From: Callorhinchus milii | Taxonomy: Eukaryota | DNA length: 64,000 bases | Direction of reading: 5' to 3' | Assembly (NCBI RefSeq): GCF_018977255.1 | Contig: NW_024704742.1 | Coordinates: forward strand, 7,380,001-7,444,000 | In this document: piece after piece, positions 63,879 through 64,000 of the stretch | Numbering within the stretch: position 1 is the stretch's first letter | Layout of the letters: every line of letters starts with the position of its first letter | Position numbers and translations under genes: made by a program | The notes under the pieces: model-generated | What the model was told of the DNA's origin: nothing | Databases searched by the model: none | What the model saw: only the letters and a program-made list of their open reading frames with translations

Positions 63879-64000
63879 AATTATAATAATTTATATAGCA
63901 CCCTTCATGTAGCGTAGTATCTCGGAGTGTTTAACGCTGACGGGACCTGACCGTAAGCAAGAGAGAGGTGACAAGGTCAAAGCGGAAGGTCTTCTAGTTT

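Overview
Eukaryotic, vertebrate DNA. The repeat content suggests a cartilaginous fish, probably a chimaera or elephant shark (inference). The only protein-coding gene I can support is the 3' part of ANKRD50 on the + strand. Its giant coding exon runs 7065-10642 and ends in the PDZ-binding motif ETPL. A splice donor appears to sit 3 nt after the stop codon, followed by a repeat-rich intron of about 6 kb and a repeat-free 3'UTR exon (about 16656-18980, AATAAA at 18959). The other 45 kb or so is non-coding and dense in retroelements: a young tRNA-headed SINE with two body subtypes, three tail variants and a (TTA)n end; older DeuSINE/SacSINE1-like copies; L2 and CR1 LINE fragments; an unassigned older repeat family; and two related palindromic MITE families. 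The most notable structures are: (1) a TSD-flanked Penelope-type insertion (15017-15534) with two inverted arms, each carrying a minimal hammerhead-ribozyme motif; (2) a back-to-back SINE pair forming a hairpin of about 170 bp with a 3-nt loop (11030-11384); (3) a modular SINE/L2 system showing module and tail swapping. Nearly all short ORFs in the track are repeat-derived or spurious. Family names come from recognition, not database searches, and most repeat boundaries are approximate.
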